Source of the DNA: Octopus sinensis
Taxonomy: Eukaryota
Direction of reading: 5' to 3'
DNA: 64,000 nucleotides
Assembly (NCBI RefSeq): GCF_006345805.1
Contig: NC_043008.1
Location: 52,142,001 to 52,206,000 of the forward strand
Shown here one piece after another: positions 61,320 to 64,000 of the stretch. Within the stretch, counting starts at the first letter, position 1. Every line of letters starts with the position of its first letter. Under the pieces are notes generated by a model that was not told where the DNA came from, ran no database searches, and worked only from the letters and a program-made list of their open reading frames with translations. The position numbers and the translations under genes were made by a program.

Positions 61320-62902
61320 TCATCATCATCGTTTAACGTCCGTTCTCCATGCTAGCATGGGTTGGACGGTTCGACCAGGGTTCTGGGAAGCCAGAAGGCT
61401 GCACCAGGCTCCAGTCTAATCTGGCAATGTTTCTACAGCTGGATGCCCTTCCTAACGCCAACCACTCCGTGAGTGTAGTGGGTGCTTTTTACGTGCCACC
61501 TGCACAGGTGCCAGGCGGGGCTGGCAACGGCCACGGTCAGATTGGTGTATTTTATGTGCCACCGGCACGGAAGCCAGTCGAGGCGGTGCTGGCATCGGCC
61601 ACGAGTCGGATAGTGCTTTTTACGTACCACCAGACCAGGGATCCTGGCTGGTTCAATTCGATTTCGATTTCGATTTCGCTTGCCCCAACATGTCTTCACA
61701 AGCAAAGGGGGTTGGCATGGGTGCCTGTCGTACGGTCGCATTGGAGTATTTTACGTGCCACGGCCGCGAGTCGGATAGTGCTTTTTACGTACCACCAGAC
61801 CAGGGATCCTGGCTGGTTCAATTCGGTTTCGATTTCGATTGCCCCAACATGTCTTCACAAGCAAAGGGGGGTTGGCATGGGTGCCTGTCGTACGGTCGCA
61901 TTGGAGTATTTTACGTGCCACGGCCACGAGTCGGATAGTGCTTTTTACGTACCACCAGGCCAGGGATCCTGGCTGGTTCAATTCGGTTTCGATTTCGATT
62001 GCCCCAACATGTCTTCGCAAGCATGGGGGGTTGGCATGGGTGTCTGTCGTCGGGTGAGGTTCTATATCGACTTCGCTTGCCTCAACCGGTCTTTGCGTCC
62101 AAGGGGGGAAAGGCATTCATAAGTGGGCTGGGCTCACTTGTCCTGCCTGGTCTTCTCACGTACAGAATATTTCCAAAGGTCTCGGTCGCTGGTCATTTCC
62201 TCAGTGAGGCCTAAAGTTCGAAGGTCGTGCTTCACCACCTCGTCCCAGGTTTTCCTGGGTTTACCTCTTCCACGGGTTCCCTCAACTGCTAGGGATTGGC
62301 ACTTTCTCACACACCCATCTTTATACATTCTCGCCACATGACCATACCAGCGCAATCGTCTCTCTTGCACACCACAACTGATGCTTCTTAGGTACAACAT
62401 TTCTCTCAAGGTGCTAACGCTCTGTCGAGTATGTACACTGACATTACACATCCATCGGAGCATACTGGCTTCATTCCTCACGAGCTTACGCATGTCCTCA
62501 GCAGTCACGGCCCATGTTTCGCTGCCATGTAGCATGGCTGTTCGTACACACGCATCATACAGTCTGCCTTTTACTCTGAGCGAGAGGCCTTTAGTCACCA
62601 GCAGAGGTAAGAGCTCCCTAAACTTTGCCCAGGCTATTCTTATTCTAGCAGTTACACTTTCAGCGCACCCACCCCCACTACTGACTTGGTCACCTAGATA
62701 ACGGAAGCTATCAACTACTTCTAGTTTTTCCCCCTGGAAAGTGACGGAAGTTGTTTTCTGCAGATTTTCGGAGGTTAATGCTCCCGAGCATCTGCCACAT
62801 ACAAAAACTATCTTCCCAGTTAGCCTACCTTTGACATTGCTGCACCTCTTATGTGTCCATAGCTTACACTGGGTACATCTTATAGAGTTTCTACCTACAC
62901 CT

Positions 62903-62905
<3 letters not shown>
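61315..62905 (-). mobile_element. RTE-clade LINE 3' portion with a duplicated ~155-bp UTR block
   Basis: ORF 62134-62598 GRLYDACVRTAMLHGSETW..RLRWYGHV..EKTRQDK; PHD-like Cys/His pattern at 62760-62900. Confidence 0.9.
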
Positions 62906-62947
<42 letters not shown>

Positions 62948-62964
62948 TATACATACATACATAT

Positions 62965-63062
62965 ACATATATGTACAAGGAAACACAAATAACAAGCGGT
63001 GTTCCACAGGGCACTGTCTTGGGGCCACTGCTGTTCATAGTGGCCCTTTCAGACATGCCCTC
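62965..63062 (+). mobile_element. Short CR1-type RT fragment
   Basis: [24 protein letters not shown]. Confidence 0.7.
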
Positions 63063-63138
63063 AGTTGTTAAGCAATGCTGGGGGAGACCAAGACAGACAT
63101 ACAAACATATATATATACATATATATACATACATACAT

Positions 63139-63196
<58 letters not shown>

Positions 63197-63204
63197 TATA
63201 TATA

Positions 63205-63720
63205 TGAATGAAGGGCTTCATTCAGTTTCCCTCAATCAAATCCACTCACAAAGCATTGGTCAGCCCAAGGCTATAGAAGAAGACACTTGCTCAATGTGCC
63301 ACGCAGTTGGACTGAACCCAGATCCATGTGGTTGGTAAGCAAGATACTTACCACACAGCCACTCCTGCGCCTATATGTGAAATATGCATGTGTGTGTGTG
63401 TGCATGTATGAAAGATATATAAATGTGAAGGCACATGGCTTAGTGGTTAGGGTGTTGAAATCATGATTGTGAGATCGTGGGTTCAATTCCCAGATGAGGA
63501 TTTATGTTGTATTCTTGAGCAAAGCATTTCATTTCACATTGCTCTGTGATCATTTCGTCATCTGACATGTGGCACATGGTGCACATGTACAGGTAATGTC
63601 GATTTGATGGGAGGAATGAACTTATGCGTACACAAACATTTAATCATTATAAAGAAATCATCTGTGTGGTTGTTTGGCAAGAATTTACCAAACCCTCATA
63701 AGTCATCTAATGAAGGAGAG
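63205..63720. mobile_element. SINE B head (63205-63365, -) and SINE E (63425-63720, +)
   Basis: A/B boxes GGCACATGGCTTAGTGGTTAG..GGTTCAATTCCCAG. Confidence 0.7.
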
Positions 63721-63794
63721 TCTACGATGATATATCTATCTATCTATCTCCCCTCTCTCTCTATATATATATGTATATATATATATGTATATAT

Positions 63795-64000
63795 ATATCA
63801 TCATCATCATCGTTAAGCGTCCGCTTTCCATGCTAGCATGGGTTGGCTGGTTCAACGGGGGTCTGGGAAGCCAGAAGGCAGCACCAGGCCCAGTCTGATC
63901 TGGCAATGTTTCTACGGCTGGATGCCCTTCCTAACGCCAACCACTCCGTGAGTGTAGTGGGTGCTTTTTACGTGCCACCGACACAGGTGCCAGACGAGGC
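63795..64000 (-). mobile_element. RTE 3' end, cut by the window edge
   Basis: Same terminal motif and 60-bp unit. Confidence 0.85.

Overview
AT-rich eukaryotic genomic DNA, very dense in repeats and microsatellites, with one 100-N gap (60312-60411). The SINE, RTE and Penelope families look like those of octopus/coleoid cephalopods; this is recognition, not a database match. Most of the window is transposon debris: tRNA-derived SINEs, RTE, CR1, Tx1 and R4/Dong-type LINEs, Penelope-like elements (PLEs), an LTR pol relic, mariner, hAT and Helitron pieces. Two things stand out. (1) Five phase-compatible minus-strand exons (51694-51625, 47821-47595, 46474-46375, 42904-42841, 27520-27184) splice into a single-pass type I membrane protein with an FN3-like ectodomain, a clean TM helix and a cytoplasmic tail carrying three tyrosine motifs; the ORF track misses most of this. 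(2) Several type I hammerhead ribozyme motifs sit in non-coding elements abutting (TA)n. Three of these elements are divergent fold-back (inverted) structures (19.3, 33.8-37.6 and 51.9-52.2 kb), and one hammerhead is sense-oriented in the intron between the TM exon and the tail exon. Element boundaries are approximate unless junction bases are quoted; all folds and alignments were done by eye.
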